A stretch of 64,000 nt of DNA from Pseudogymnoascus verrucosus. Its lineage: Eukaryota. The position numbers and the translations under genes were made by a program. Below the pieces are notes generated by a model. It saw nothing but the letters and a program-made list of their open reading frames with translations. It was not told the DNA's origin and did no database searches. Position 1 is the stretch's first letter; every line of letters begins with the position of its first letter. Below, piece by piece: positions 24,638 to 35,602 of the stretch. The stretch lies in assembly GCA_001662655.1 (NCBI GenBank), contig KV460212.1; one strand, given 5' to 3'.

Positions 24638-26498
24638 ATGGGGAACACGGAGGAGCTTGACCTCGTAGTCATTGGCGCCGGTGAGTTAACCCCCAAAATG
24701 CCGTGCATGAGCACCACCACTGAACCCATCCAGGCTCCTATGGCCTCGCAGCCGCAAAAACATTCCTGGAGGTGAACCCTTCGGCCAGCATCGCCATCCT
24801 AGACTCCGAGGAGACGATTGGAGGAGTATGGGCGGAGCGGAAGCTGTATCCCGGTCTGAAGACCAATAATATGCTCGGGACCTACGAGTTTAGTGATTTG
24901 CCTATGGACACTGCGACGTATGGTATTAAGGCTGGGGAGCACATCAGCGGTGAAGTGGTTCATCGTTACCTCAAGGACTATGCGCGGAAATTCGGCATCT
25001 ACTCTAAGATCCGGTTTCAGACTAAGGTTCTTTCTGCTGAGCAGGCTGGCGGCGAGGGGTGGTTACTCACTGTTACGAAGGGATTTAGTGATAAGGATGC
25101 CCTGAAGACGAGCGAGGTGCTGGCGAAGAAGCTTATTGTAGCCACGGGCGTGACTTCGGATCCGTTTCTGCCTAGGTTTAGTGGTTCAGAATCGTTTGGG
25201 GCTCCTCTGTTCCATACTGGCGATTTCAAGGAGCATGCGGGGACGCTGGAATCAGCGAAGACTGTTGCGGTTTTCGGTGGCACAAAGTCGGCTTGGGATG
25301 CTGTCTATGCCTATGCAACGAGGGGGGTCAAAGTCGAGTGGATTATACGTGGTATGTAAGCCCCAGAATCCAAGTCAAGTGCAAGCATTAAACATCTTCA
25401 GAATCCGGCCACGGCCCGACTTGGATGGCTCCACCATATGTGACACCCTTGAAGAGATGGCTAGAGAAACTCGTACACACTCGCTTCATCACCTGGCTCA
25501 GCCCCTGCATCTGGGGTAACTTCGACGGCTACTCTCGCGTCCGATCTTTCCTCCACGGCACCGCAATAGGACGCACTCTCGTGAACACCTTCTGGGGCAT
25601 CCTAGGCAACGACGTGAAGACGCTGAACAAATACAGTTCGCACCCCGAGCTAGCAAAACTCGAGCCCTGGAACGACGCATTCTTCGTCGGCGCCTCAGGT
25701 ATCTCAATCCTCAATTACGACACTGATTTCTTTGAACTCGTACGCAACGGCACAGTGTCCGTCCACATCGCTGATATCGAGGGGTTGGCTCCTAAAACGG
25801 TCTTACTTACTAAAGGCGAAAGACTGAAAGTCGACGCTATGGTCTGCGCAACAGGGTGGAAACACCGCGTGGCTCTCGATTTCCTCCCAAAAGATCTCGA
25901 TCTCGGACTTCCCCACCACACCACCTCCGCACCCAACGCGCACACCAAACAAGCCAACGAAGAAATCCTCTCCCGCTTCCCCAGACTCAAGCAGCGCCCT
26001 GCTGCACGCCCGAAATACGTCCCCCTGACAGAGAACAAGGGAATCAGCGACGAAGACCTCGCGCCCCCTGAGGAGACATTCGAGCCCTTCCAGCACTACC
26101 GCTTCATGGTTCCTCCGTCGACGATTCGCGATCGGAACATCGCATTCACTGGATTCCAGCTGACTATCAGTACCACGATTATGGCGCAGGCGCAGGCGCT
26201 GTGGATCGCGGCGTACTTCTCGGACAAGGCTGGTGCGGTTGCCATTCCTGCTGATGAGGAGGAGGTCAGGTATGAGGCGGTGCTGCATAATCGGTTTGGG
26301 CGATGGAGGTATCCGGAGGGGTTTGGGGTTATTCCGGATTTTGCGTTTGATGCGGTGCCGTATTTGGATATGCTGTTGACTGATCTGGGGTTGGATTGTC
26401 ATAGGAAGAGGGGGTTGTTGAGGGATATGTTTAGTCCGTATGGGCCGGAGGATTATAAGGGTCTTGTGGGGGAGTGGGTGTCGAGGGTGAAGAGGTAG
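24638..26498 (+). CDS. Flavin-containing monooxygenase (FMO-like, class B)
   Basis: VVIGA/GSYGL FAD motif split by intron 24681-24733; GGVW...YPGLKTNN; IVATG; FGAPLFHTGDF; VFGGTKSAWD; VCATGW. Second intron 25352-25401. Confidence 0.9.
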
Positions 26499-28459
26499 AG
26501 CAATTTAGATAGATGGCGGAACCCAGGGAGTATGTGAAGCAATATACGAAACGTTGAGTGCATCAACTCGCGTTGTAGTCCCAATGAAGCATGAAGTCTG
26601 TATCCAGGCTACCTTATTACACGATCCAAATGTCAAATGGCCTCATTTTGCAGCCATTTTCATTTATATTTCTTCCAAGTTTCTCATGCTCCTGTCAGTC
26701 TCAACTTGGGTTACTTCGCTAATAACTCGAAATATCCACAGAATTTCAGGACAACGACAACTGAGAAGCGTAACGGATGATTTATAGTAAGACCAAGAAA
26801 TAAGGCCTCCCTTTTACTTTCATATAGTAACTGAACAAAGTCCGAACTATAGGTGGTGAATCTAAATAGGCTTTGTCACGTGCTCAAATGCAGGGACTCG
26901 GAGACGCTAAATTAAGCGATTCCGTTTGGGATTAGTATAGTTTTAATATTTCACACGTGATATCGTGACAATAACGACTGACTTTCTGAAGAGTAGGTCA
27001 CATTATAACCATGAAATCTAGAAGAAGCACAGAGTTTCCTCAATCTAAATCCCTCGTCACGACACCTAAGAGTAGCTGCTGTCAGCCAACCCAATCTCAC
27101 GTGAGAGCCGCGTACCACCACCCACCACTACCAAACTACACCCACCCACCTCTCCCGCCCTCGTACCAAAAGCTCATTTCCGAGGCTGACAAGCCCACTC
27201 CACCCTCCTCCCCATCCCCCCTTCTAACTGGCCACACCCTTCTGCACCTTGACGCCATAAACGCGGTCAAAGGCACAGAGGTAATATTGCGCCAAGTCCT
27301 GTCTATGCCGGAAATGAAACGTCTGAGGGGCGGTGGTGGGACACTTGCGGCGCAGCTGGGGCCTTGGCTGCCTGTCAGACTGGGAGGGGATTGGGAAAAG
27401 GAGGTGTGGTGGTTGGTTGGAAGGGGGGGTTGGCGGTGGGAGGGAGGGAGTTAGTGGCGGCGGCTGCCTGGGGCTGCGGTGAGGCTGTCTGTTTTGTGGT
27501 GGAGAGGAGAGGGGTGCGAGGGTGTTGCAGTGTGTGGATGGATGGACGGACGGGATGTGAGGAGGAGGCGTGCTGACTGGCGCCGGTACGGTACGGAGTA
27601 GGGCACGCACGGAGATCGGGGTAAGGGATACGCGGGTTCTCGCAAGGTTTGGTGTTGGTGGGCGTCGTTGGTGGGAGACGTGCAGGAAGTTGGTTGTGGA
27701 AGACCGACCCGTCATGAGCGAAACCCGACGGAATCTCACGAAATCAAGCAAGAGCGGCCGGCACGTACGAACTTCCGATGTGAGGAGGTATGTTGTAGTA
27801 ACTGGTGTAAGTTGGTTACTGAGTAAGTTAGCATACTCGAGCGTCGTTCTGTATGAGTATACACACGGCTAGTTCCAGTACCCGTCCGTCATGGCGTGCG
27901 TGCTTGGCTATTTCAAGATAGGGACTGTGTTGTACGAGCTGTGCGGGCTGTACATGCATGCATGGCGGATTCTCGCCTTTGGGTGCTAAATTATCCAAGC
28001 TCGGTGTGTGTTATGCACGTGGAGATTGTGAGGATTGGGGGGATTGCGATGAAGATCAGCCCCCTTGCGTGTAAAGCATGAACATGTTCTAAAAGAAGCT
28101 CGGAGTAGGTAGTACGACGATAACGGTGTTGACGACGACGTTAACCATCTTCGACTCGATATACGCGTACACACTTTTGTAGCAAGGAGAGGAGTTGTTT
28201 CTGTGCTGTGATACGTGACATTCTACTAGATTACATGCTACTACTAATGCAAACTACTAACTAAAAACTACTAGTAACCTAGCCTCAGGCCGCCGTCGAT
28301 AGTCGTCCTGAATTCAAGTTACTTACTCCAGAAAAGCCTTGGTTACCAGTTTATTAGCAGTTACCACCAGTACTACGTGTATGGTTCCACCGAGTCATGT
28401 ACTAGAGCAGTCGTAAGCCATGGGGAAGACAAGACAATACTCCAGTTATTGATTGAACT

Positions 28460-28585
28460 AAGCCATACTATACCATACTATACTACTGCCATACTTACTC
28501 TCTCTACTCTACTCTGTATACTCCTTCCATACTACGTTCCTTGCATTCCTACCTAGTACCGTACTCTACTCTACTCTACTCTACA
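28460..28585. repeat. CTACT/TACT-rich low-complexity tract including (CTACT)n microsatellite
   Basis: tactctactctactctactctac near 28562-28584, with many degenerate copies from about 28460. Confidence 0.6.
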
Positions 28586-29111
28586 CACGCATGAAAAATT
28601 AATCGAAATAACAAAATACGATAAACGAGAGTGACTTGCTCTCCCGTACACCATCCTATTACCGTACATGTCACTCGGACTGCCTCGGATTATCTTTATC
28701 TCCCTCCTCCTGCTTCCTTCCCTCCCTTTTCCCTCCTAATTAGCGTCCCACACTGCAAAAATGCCTTAAAGTACGCCCTAGCGAATCCCATTAATTGGCT
28801 AACTCCTCTGATGTTCCTACTCCGTGTACCGACACCGCCCCTCCCATCCTTCCACCCCCCCAAAATTCAACCAAAAAACCCCCCAATGGGCCGCGCCTCT
28901 TGCGTTTATAGTGACGCGTAGTTTCCTAACTTGAGAGAGTAACCACTCCCCTCCCCCCAAGTCTCTTACCACTCTCCCTCATCGCCACCACATTCATTTA
29001 CAACCACACCCCCCTCTCCCTCCACAAAACCTAGGATACATACCTACGACGTTCCGATATCCTTAATGTCCTGCCTTTCCGGACGTCCTACTCTCCTTAC
29101 CATATGTTACG

Positions 29112-30153
29112 ATGCGGAAAGGAACGAAGGTCTTCATATTCGTTAATTTCGTCGTTATTTGCCTTCTTGTAAATGCCTTCAGCACACTTATCGCCCTCCT
29201 CTTCGAAGATGGAGCCGTCCACGCCATTCCAGCTGCCGATATCATGAGGCCCAGCGAGGACCATACCGATCGCAATGACAGACAAGTTATCCCTCGAATA
29301 ATACACCAGACCTATGTCAACGACTCCATACCCGCGCAATGGGTGCCCAGCCAGAGATCGTGCATCGACCTACACCCCGACTACGAGTACAAGGTGAGCT
29401 CCCCCCCACGCCTCATCGCCCTCAATTCCCCCAAGATGGACACATACTGACGAAGGCAATCTACAGCTCTGGACGGACACCCTCTCCCGCGAGTTCATCC
29501 GCACGAAGTACCCCTGGTTCCTCGACACCTTCGACTCGTACCCCTTCCCCATCCAGCGCGCCGATGCCATCCGCTACTTCATCCTCGACCACTACGGCGG
29601 CATCTACCTCGACCTCGACGACGGGTGCGCTCGGCGTCTGGACGTGATGCTCGAGTACCCAGCCTGGCTCCGCCGCACGCTCCCCACGGGCATCAGCAAC
29701 GACGCCATGGGAGCCATCCCGCACCACCCCTTCTTCAAGCGCGTGATCCAGAGCCTGGAGCGGTACGCAAACAACTACGGCATGCCGTACATCACGGTGA
29801 TGTCGTCGACGGGGCCGCTCTTCCTCTCCATCATCTGGAAGCAGTACATGTCTGAGGAGCGCCCGGAGCAGGACCACGTGCGCGTGCTGATGCCGCCCGA
29901 GTACCGCAACAACGCGTGGAGCATCTTCTACATCGCCAAGGGGAACAGCTGGCACGGAAAGGACGCACAGACTATCTTCTGGATGGGCAAGCACTGGATG
30001 CTGCTCACCTTCAGCGGGTTCGCGGTGGCGGGCGTGGTCTTCGCGGTCATGTTCTACGCATGGACGGCGTGGATCGGGACGAGCAGGAAAGACAAGAACG
30101 GCCCTGGTTATATACTGCTGCCGCGGCGAGAATGTGTGGATCGGATGGCGTGA
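29112..30153 (+). CDS. SUR1: Mannosyl-inositol-phosphorylceramide synthase (GT32, Sur1/Csh1-like)
   Basis: N-terminal TM; IPRIIHQTY; intron 29394-29466; YPFPIQRADAIRYFILDHYGGIYLDLD (DxD); GISNDAMG..PHHPFF; STGPLFLS; C-terminal TM. Confidence 0.9.
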
Positions 30154-31736
30154 TGACAACTGTTGGATAGAAAAAGAGCGAAGTCGCGGGCCACGCCGGC
30201 CGCGAGCCGCACCACGACAAAGCTGGGTTGGTTGGCTTATTTATTGCCCACCAGCGGTTTTTGGGGAGCGGATGGGGCGGCGCGCCTCTGGAACACCCAT
30301 GTCACACACGATGTATTGTCTACAACGACGAATTGCTCTTCCACGGCCACAGCCACATGTCAAAAAAGCACCACCGCGTGCTGCCGTGAAGGGAAAGACT
30401 GCATCGCCGCCGACGCTGCTATCGCGAATGCTGGCCGGGGGCATCCTTTGTGCGTTCCGTCCGCTTGAGTTTGAGTTTGGAATTGTGCACACACATTTGG
30501 GGCGTTCAATGGAGCGAGTGGGGGTTTATCAGCGGGATAGAATTGTAAATACATACATACATGTAAGAGTAGTCTTTTTTCCTCACCTTCGGACTCGGGG
30601 GTTTTTTTATCCTCCGGAGCGCAGCGCCCGTGGAAGTGGTGGCTGTCTCGTTGCGAGGAGCACGGTCGGATTAATGGCGGGATGGTAATAGAGGGCACTG
30701 GGTTCCTCGGATAACTAGAGTAGAATCTTAATAACTGATATCTACACTCCAACTTCTTGATGCTTGTGATCTTTTTGAAACATACTTGTCTCAGGCCGCG
30801 AAGACAGGGTGTTGATAATCCCTTGGGATACGGAGCTATCTCCGCGCAGAGTCAATCCCTCGACCTCATGACTTAACGCCCATTCAGCAAAATCCCCATC
30901 CTTTCAGCTCAAGCAAAGGCATCCCTACAGACCCAGCCGGTTCTCAGGACCAGGCCTGTGTATGTCATCGAACACCGCCGTCATCGCAGGCGCGTGTCCC
31001 GTGACAATCACGTGACCTACGCTTCCAAGCCTCCCTCCAAGCCTCCACATACCAACTTCCAACATCAACGACCCAGCCACGCCAGCGTCATCACCCTAAC
31101 CCTCTTCCCTCCCCCGCCGAAGGCTGCAAGGCAGCACATACCCCCCAACCATGACTCTATACCCTGCGACCCAACGCAGCGGGAGCGGGTGGCCCCGCGT
31201 TCGCAGGTTAGTGCATGACTGGCAGGGATAATCGAGTGGTAGGTATGAGTGCGCGATGACGGTGGAATTCTACAGCGGGGAGGGGTGGTGGCCGGGCAGA
31301 ATGTTTGGCGGACCTGTGGCATGGGGTTTGTGGTGGATGGGGGGGGTGATTCGGTTCTGGCGGGGGGATGGTAGTGGTGGTCCCGAAAGAAGGGGCCTGC
31401 ACAGCCGTGATGGGGGGTGGGCGGAGTGTGCGGAACGGTTGGATCGGGAGGGGGAGAGTGTTGGATGTGCGGTGGTGCCTGTGGGTGGCGAGCCTGACGG
31501 TGACGGCGAGGGGGTTTGGTGAGTGAAGTTGAGGAGGGTGTGGATGTTGGAGGGGTTTGGTTGTGTTTTGAGGTCTGGAGGGGAGGGGGAAGGCTGGGAT
31601 GGGATGGGGAGTATATATTAGGTCGGGGAGTGCGGTTGTGTGCTTGGAGGTGTTATATCGTGGGATCTACGAAAGATATATGGGTTTATTTAGGGAATTA
31701 TCACGTTACATCTCCAGTATCATTCTCGGATTGAAA

Positions 31737-32728
31737 ATGAGCAGCAGCAGCAGCAGCAGCAACGCCGACCAACAAGCCAGCGGGCGAGCTGGTCCTAGTA
31801 CAGCTCCTAATAACTACGGCCCCGTCATCGTTGGTGAGTCCACCCTTCCCAAATCCCCCGATACCAAACTAACCATCCCACAGACTCAGCAACCTACACA
31901 CTCACCCCCATCCCCGAATCCCCCTCCGAAGACCCCATCTCCAGCGCCGTCGAAGCCCTCGAGCATCTCACCCTCCGCGAAGTCGGGAATAGCTACATCA
32001 TCGACACCCCCCGCGCCATCGGCCACCTCACAGACACCCTCTTGGACCTCCCCACCTCCCCTCCCTCCCTCTACCTCTCCATCTCCGGCACTTCCATAGC
32101 CCGCAATGGCTCCATCTCTCTCATCCAGCTCCTCGTACTTCCTACCAACCGAAATTACCTAATTGACATCCACACCCTCCGCTCCAGCGCCTTCACCACC
32201 GCCGGTCCCCGCGGCCGGACATTCCAATCCATCCTCGAAGACGCCGCGATCCCCAAAGTGTTTTTCGACATCCGCAACCCCTCCTCCGCCCTGCACGGCC
32301 TCTTCGCAATCTCCCTAGCCGGCATCCACGACCTCCAGCTCATGGAGCTCGCCACACGCCGACGCCCACGGAGCAAGAAATTCCTCCACGGCATCGCGCG
32401 GTGCATCACCTCCGACTTGTCCTTGGGAGCATACGAGCAGCGGCGCTGGAGAGAAGCGAGGGCGAGGGGGGAGAGAATGTTTTTGCCGGAGTTTGGGGGG
32501 GGAAGGGAGGTGCTGGAGCAGAGGCCGGTGGGGGAGGATGTGGCGGCGTTTGTTACGCTGGATTTGGGGTTTTTGCCGGCGTTGTGGGGGTTTTATGAGG
32601 CGAGGTTGGGCGGGGGGTGGAGGGGAAGGGTGGGGAGGGAGACGGTTAGGAGGGTGATGGAGGGGCAGAGGGAGGGGGAGGAGGAAGGGAGGAGGGGGAG
32701 AAGGGATAGGGCGTTTGGGCCGTGGTGA
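31737..32728 (+). CDS. 3'-5' exonuclease-fold protein (DEDDy, EXD1/EXD-like) with degenerate catalytic acids
   Basis: ATG 31737; intron 31834-31883 keeps the frame. Family motifs LYLSISG..IARNGSISLIQL, YLIDIHTL, ILED..IPKVFFDIRN, HDLQLMELATR, FLPEFGG...RP. Confidence 0.82.
31740..31760 (+). repeat. (AGC)7 microsatellite encoding poly-Ser directly after the start codon
   Basis: agcagcagcagcagcagcagc. Confidence 0.85.
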
Positions 32729-33094
32729 GGGGGGGATGGGATGGTGTCGCTTGAGATTTTTGGGTTTTGTGTTTGTGTTTGTGGATTGCGATGGATTTGT
32801 TTTATCATGTTGAGATATGGGCGGTTTTTTGGAAGTTCGGGAAAGCAAGAGCGTGGACAACCACAAGGAATAATGGAATTGGGCATGCGTGTATTTAGTA
32901 AATTTGAGTTTATGGATAAATATGGAAATAGATTTACATACGTGATCGGACATTTCCGACAGTTTTCATCTCCAGCATTGTGATTGACATCGCACCTCAC
33001 TATGAGGTTTTTAACAAGTCAAATCGACGCAACCAGAGCGATCGCGAAACATAGAAAACCAACTGCATAATTTGAAACCCGCAGCCGCTGGATG

Positions 33095-33139
33095 TGTAGC
33101 TATGGGGGATGTAGCTATGGGGGATGTAGCTATGGGGGA
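33095..33139. repeat. 15-bp perfect tandem repeat x3
   Basis: (tgtagctatggggga)3, intergenic. Confidence 0.9.
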
Positions 33140-33469
33140 TCGAAATATATCGATTGGTATTGGCGCCTACAAATGAAGGAAGCGCCCAAGCTGGCGAGGA
33201 TGGCCGTGGTTTTTGGCCGCTTGTTTCAGATTGTCGCCGGCGGCTACAGTATGCGACCGCTTCGGCGACAGCAACACACTTCAACACGATTTTGCGCATT
33301 CTAACCCATGCAATATCGCGTTCTAGCCCCCATAGAATTGATCGTAAATAGTTTGAAGTGCATATGCAGGTGGCCGAGGCCATATGCAGGGACTTTAGGC
33401 GCGTAATGGGGCGCTTGCTTTTGCTATTTTCGAAGAGTTAGACATTGATTGATAACTCTGGAGTTTAAA

Positions 33470-33477
33470 TATATAAA
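33470..33477 (+). promoter_or_regulatory. TATA box
   Basis: TATATAAA upstream of the 33661 ORF. Confidence 0.5.
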
Positions 33478-33660
33478 GGCTGCTTTATGCCAGCTACTAG
33501 TAGATAATTTCATCGACAACAAGACAATCTGGCATTGTTATCCTATCGCTCTATCGCTATAAATCAATTCCCCGAAAACCGTTCAATTTCCTGCGAGTTA
33601 CCCATCGCCATATCTATGCGATGAAGATATAACTAACAAACAACAGCCAACCTTGACACC

Positions 33661-34080
33661 ATGTCTGGAAACTCGCAAACCAAAGTTGATATCCACATTC
33701 TTTTCTTCAAATCAACCACCGATCCTCGCAACCCTGGAGATGTTGCCTTGTGGTTCAATTGCTCAGAGCCGTTTCTGATTCACCTTGACGGACCAAACGG
33801 CGGCCACTGCCTCAACGTCAAAGAAAACTACTATCCTTCTGCTAGTAGGCAGTTCCGAAAGTCGGTGATTGTGGGAGCAGGAAAATCCGCCACAAAGGCC
33901 CAGATAGTTTCGGTCGTTTCTCAGATGCGTATCGACAATTCAAGGCCATTCGGTTCCGAGGAGTGGACTGGCAATGCCCTCCACCTGCTGGCCCAGGGGA
34001 GATATGTAGAGCGGGAGGAGTACTTGAGGTCTGTCAACGAGATGATTGATGTAACAAAAGGGGGCGCTGGACGCGCCTGA
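33661..34080 (+). CDS. Small hypothetical protein, probable permuted papain-like (H...NC) fungal family member with substituted active site
   Basis: 139-aa ORF with good ACCATG context and upstream TATA. Layout ALWF...LIHLDG...ENYYPSASRQF...IDN...F-GS-EEW..NAL..LAQ..Y resembles the family I recall as RHxALWF...FNCQxWV.DAL. Confidence 0.7.
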   Translation: MSGNSQTKVDIHILFFKSTTDPRNPGDVALWFNCSEPFLIHLDGPNGGHCLNVKENYYPSASRQFRKSVIVGAGKSATKAQIVSVVSQMRIDNSRPFGSEEWTGNALHLLAQGRYVEREEYLRSVNEMIDVTKGGAGRA

Positions 34081-34151
34081 TTCATGTATTTTAGATCGCA
34101 GGGTGAGCGTGTGGGTGTCGACGACGCATAAGCAATGATGCCGACTCTTCC

Positions 34152-34992
34152 CTACGGAACACCCCATCACAAGACCCCTTGAAATAATGCAAGTTGATCG
34201 TAATAGGTCCTCGGGAAAATATATTTTGCATACTCCCTCCAGTCCTTATTCTTTGCCTAAACCTCAAAGAACTTGACATATTCCCAATACTCTGGAGCCC
34301 AGCCACCGTACTCCCAGTCGATCACACCTGCGATCTCCATATCCTTGATAATAATATTGTGCTGGGATAGGTCTCCATGCGAAAATACTATCAGATGATC
34401 AGTCCGTAGCTGACTATGGAGAGCTCTGTTGATATCTGTCGGGGTCGTTCCGATCAGCTTTGTGACATAGTTATTAAAGGCTGCTTCGTCCTGAAGGGCC
34501 CGCCAGAATAGTGGCCCATGCGCCTACACTCTCGAAAAAGGCCGCCTCCGCAAGACCCTATGGCACCAGTCTTGAATTCAGCAGACTGCATGGTTGATAT
34601 GATTTCTCGTAGTTGCCCGCAGATGTCTTGCCTGTCCTCTTCTGACATGTCTGGCCAAAGTTCTTCGAGGTTCTCTCCTTCTATGTAATCCATTCGTATA
34701 CTTACAATCCCATCTGGTGCCGAGCTAACCTCATAAACTCTCGGCGCTGGAATATTCAGTTCTGCTGCTAGATCTAACGCATGCTTCTCCTTAAGGTGTA
34801 CTTTTCTCCCCGATTTGACGACTGTGTCGTCAGGATGCACAGCTGGACCTTACATCCGTAGTAATCATAAATAAGAAAGATTCCTGACAATAATTAGCTA
34901 GCTGTGATATATCTGCAAGATCAGATGTTACCTCGGGACCCATCTTTCTGTGCCAGAAACTCTTTGGATGGCTGCGGAAGCTCCAGTGTCAT
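34152..34992 (-). pseudogene. Aminoglycoside phosphotransferase/choline kinase-like (APH) pseudogene
   Basis: VVKSG, IPAPRVY, MDYIEG, FSHGDLSQHNIII, GVIDWEYGGWAPEYWEY are present but broken by frameshifts (~34840 and ~34492) and in-frame stops TAG 34257-34259 and TGA 34167-34169. Confidence 0.85.
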
Positions 34993-35602
34993 CTCCTCTG
35001 GCGGTGGATGATGTAATTTATGTGCCAGTAAGGTAGTATATAGAGAAACGGTTTTGCCAGTTGCAGCCATTGTACTACGAGATATAACTTTTTGGTGTGC
35101 GTAAGCAAAGTGGCCAGTCGATCATAGTTCTGTACGAAATGCAACGAGGTTGTCTTGCTCGATGTGCAGTTATTGTCCTTGGAAGAGATTGTGGGGCATG
35201 GGGGAACAAGCTGCATGGCAACACAAAAATATACACAGAGGCGAAGAACACAAAACATAATCCAAACAAACAATTTACCCTCCATTGACCTATGGTTTGA
35301 ACATGATTTATATGAATCACAACAAAGCGCAAGCACGAGCTGTGATTAAAGGATAGGCTGGCTTTCAAAATGACGTTAACGCGTAGCTATATTAAGCCTT
35401 GTAGTTGAAAACGGACAACAATGGTAAGTCTGAGCCTTCCTTGAGGCTTTTTGTTGCTGCCACAGTGGGATTTTGACTTCATCCACTTGCGAAGAAACAT
35501 GTTACACAGCCAGTATCTGACAAGAAATGAGGTTTCTCAGGCTTCTATGGCACATAGCTATTAAAACTTATACGGAGAGCCATCGGACTCTGTTCACAAC
35601 GT

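Noticed and set aside
23198..26498. Divergent methyltransferase + FMO as a secondary-metabolite cluster
   Set aside because: No backbone enzyme (PKS/NRPS/terpene synthase) or cluster regulator in the window.
27011..27751. Overlapping ORFs of 147 and 175 aa
   Set aside because: Pro/Gly-rich products of C/G skew; no family recognised. Kept only as part of the skew finding.
29461..30159. 232-aa minus-strand ORF
   Set aside because: Antisense to the GC3-rich MIPC synthase exon; expected artefact of codon bias.
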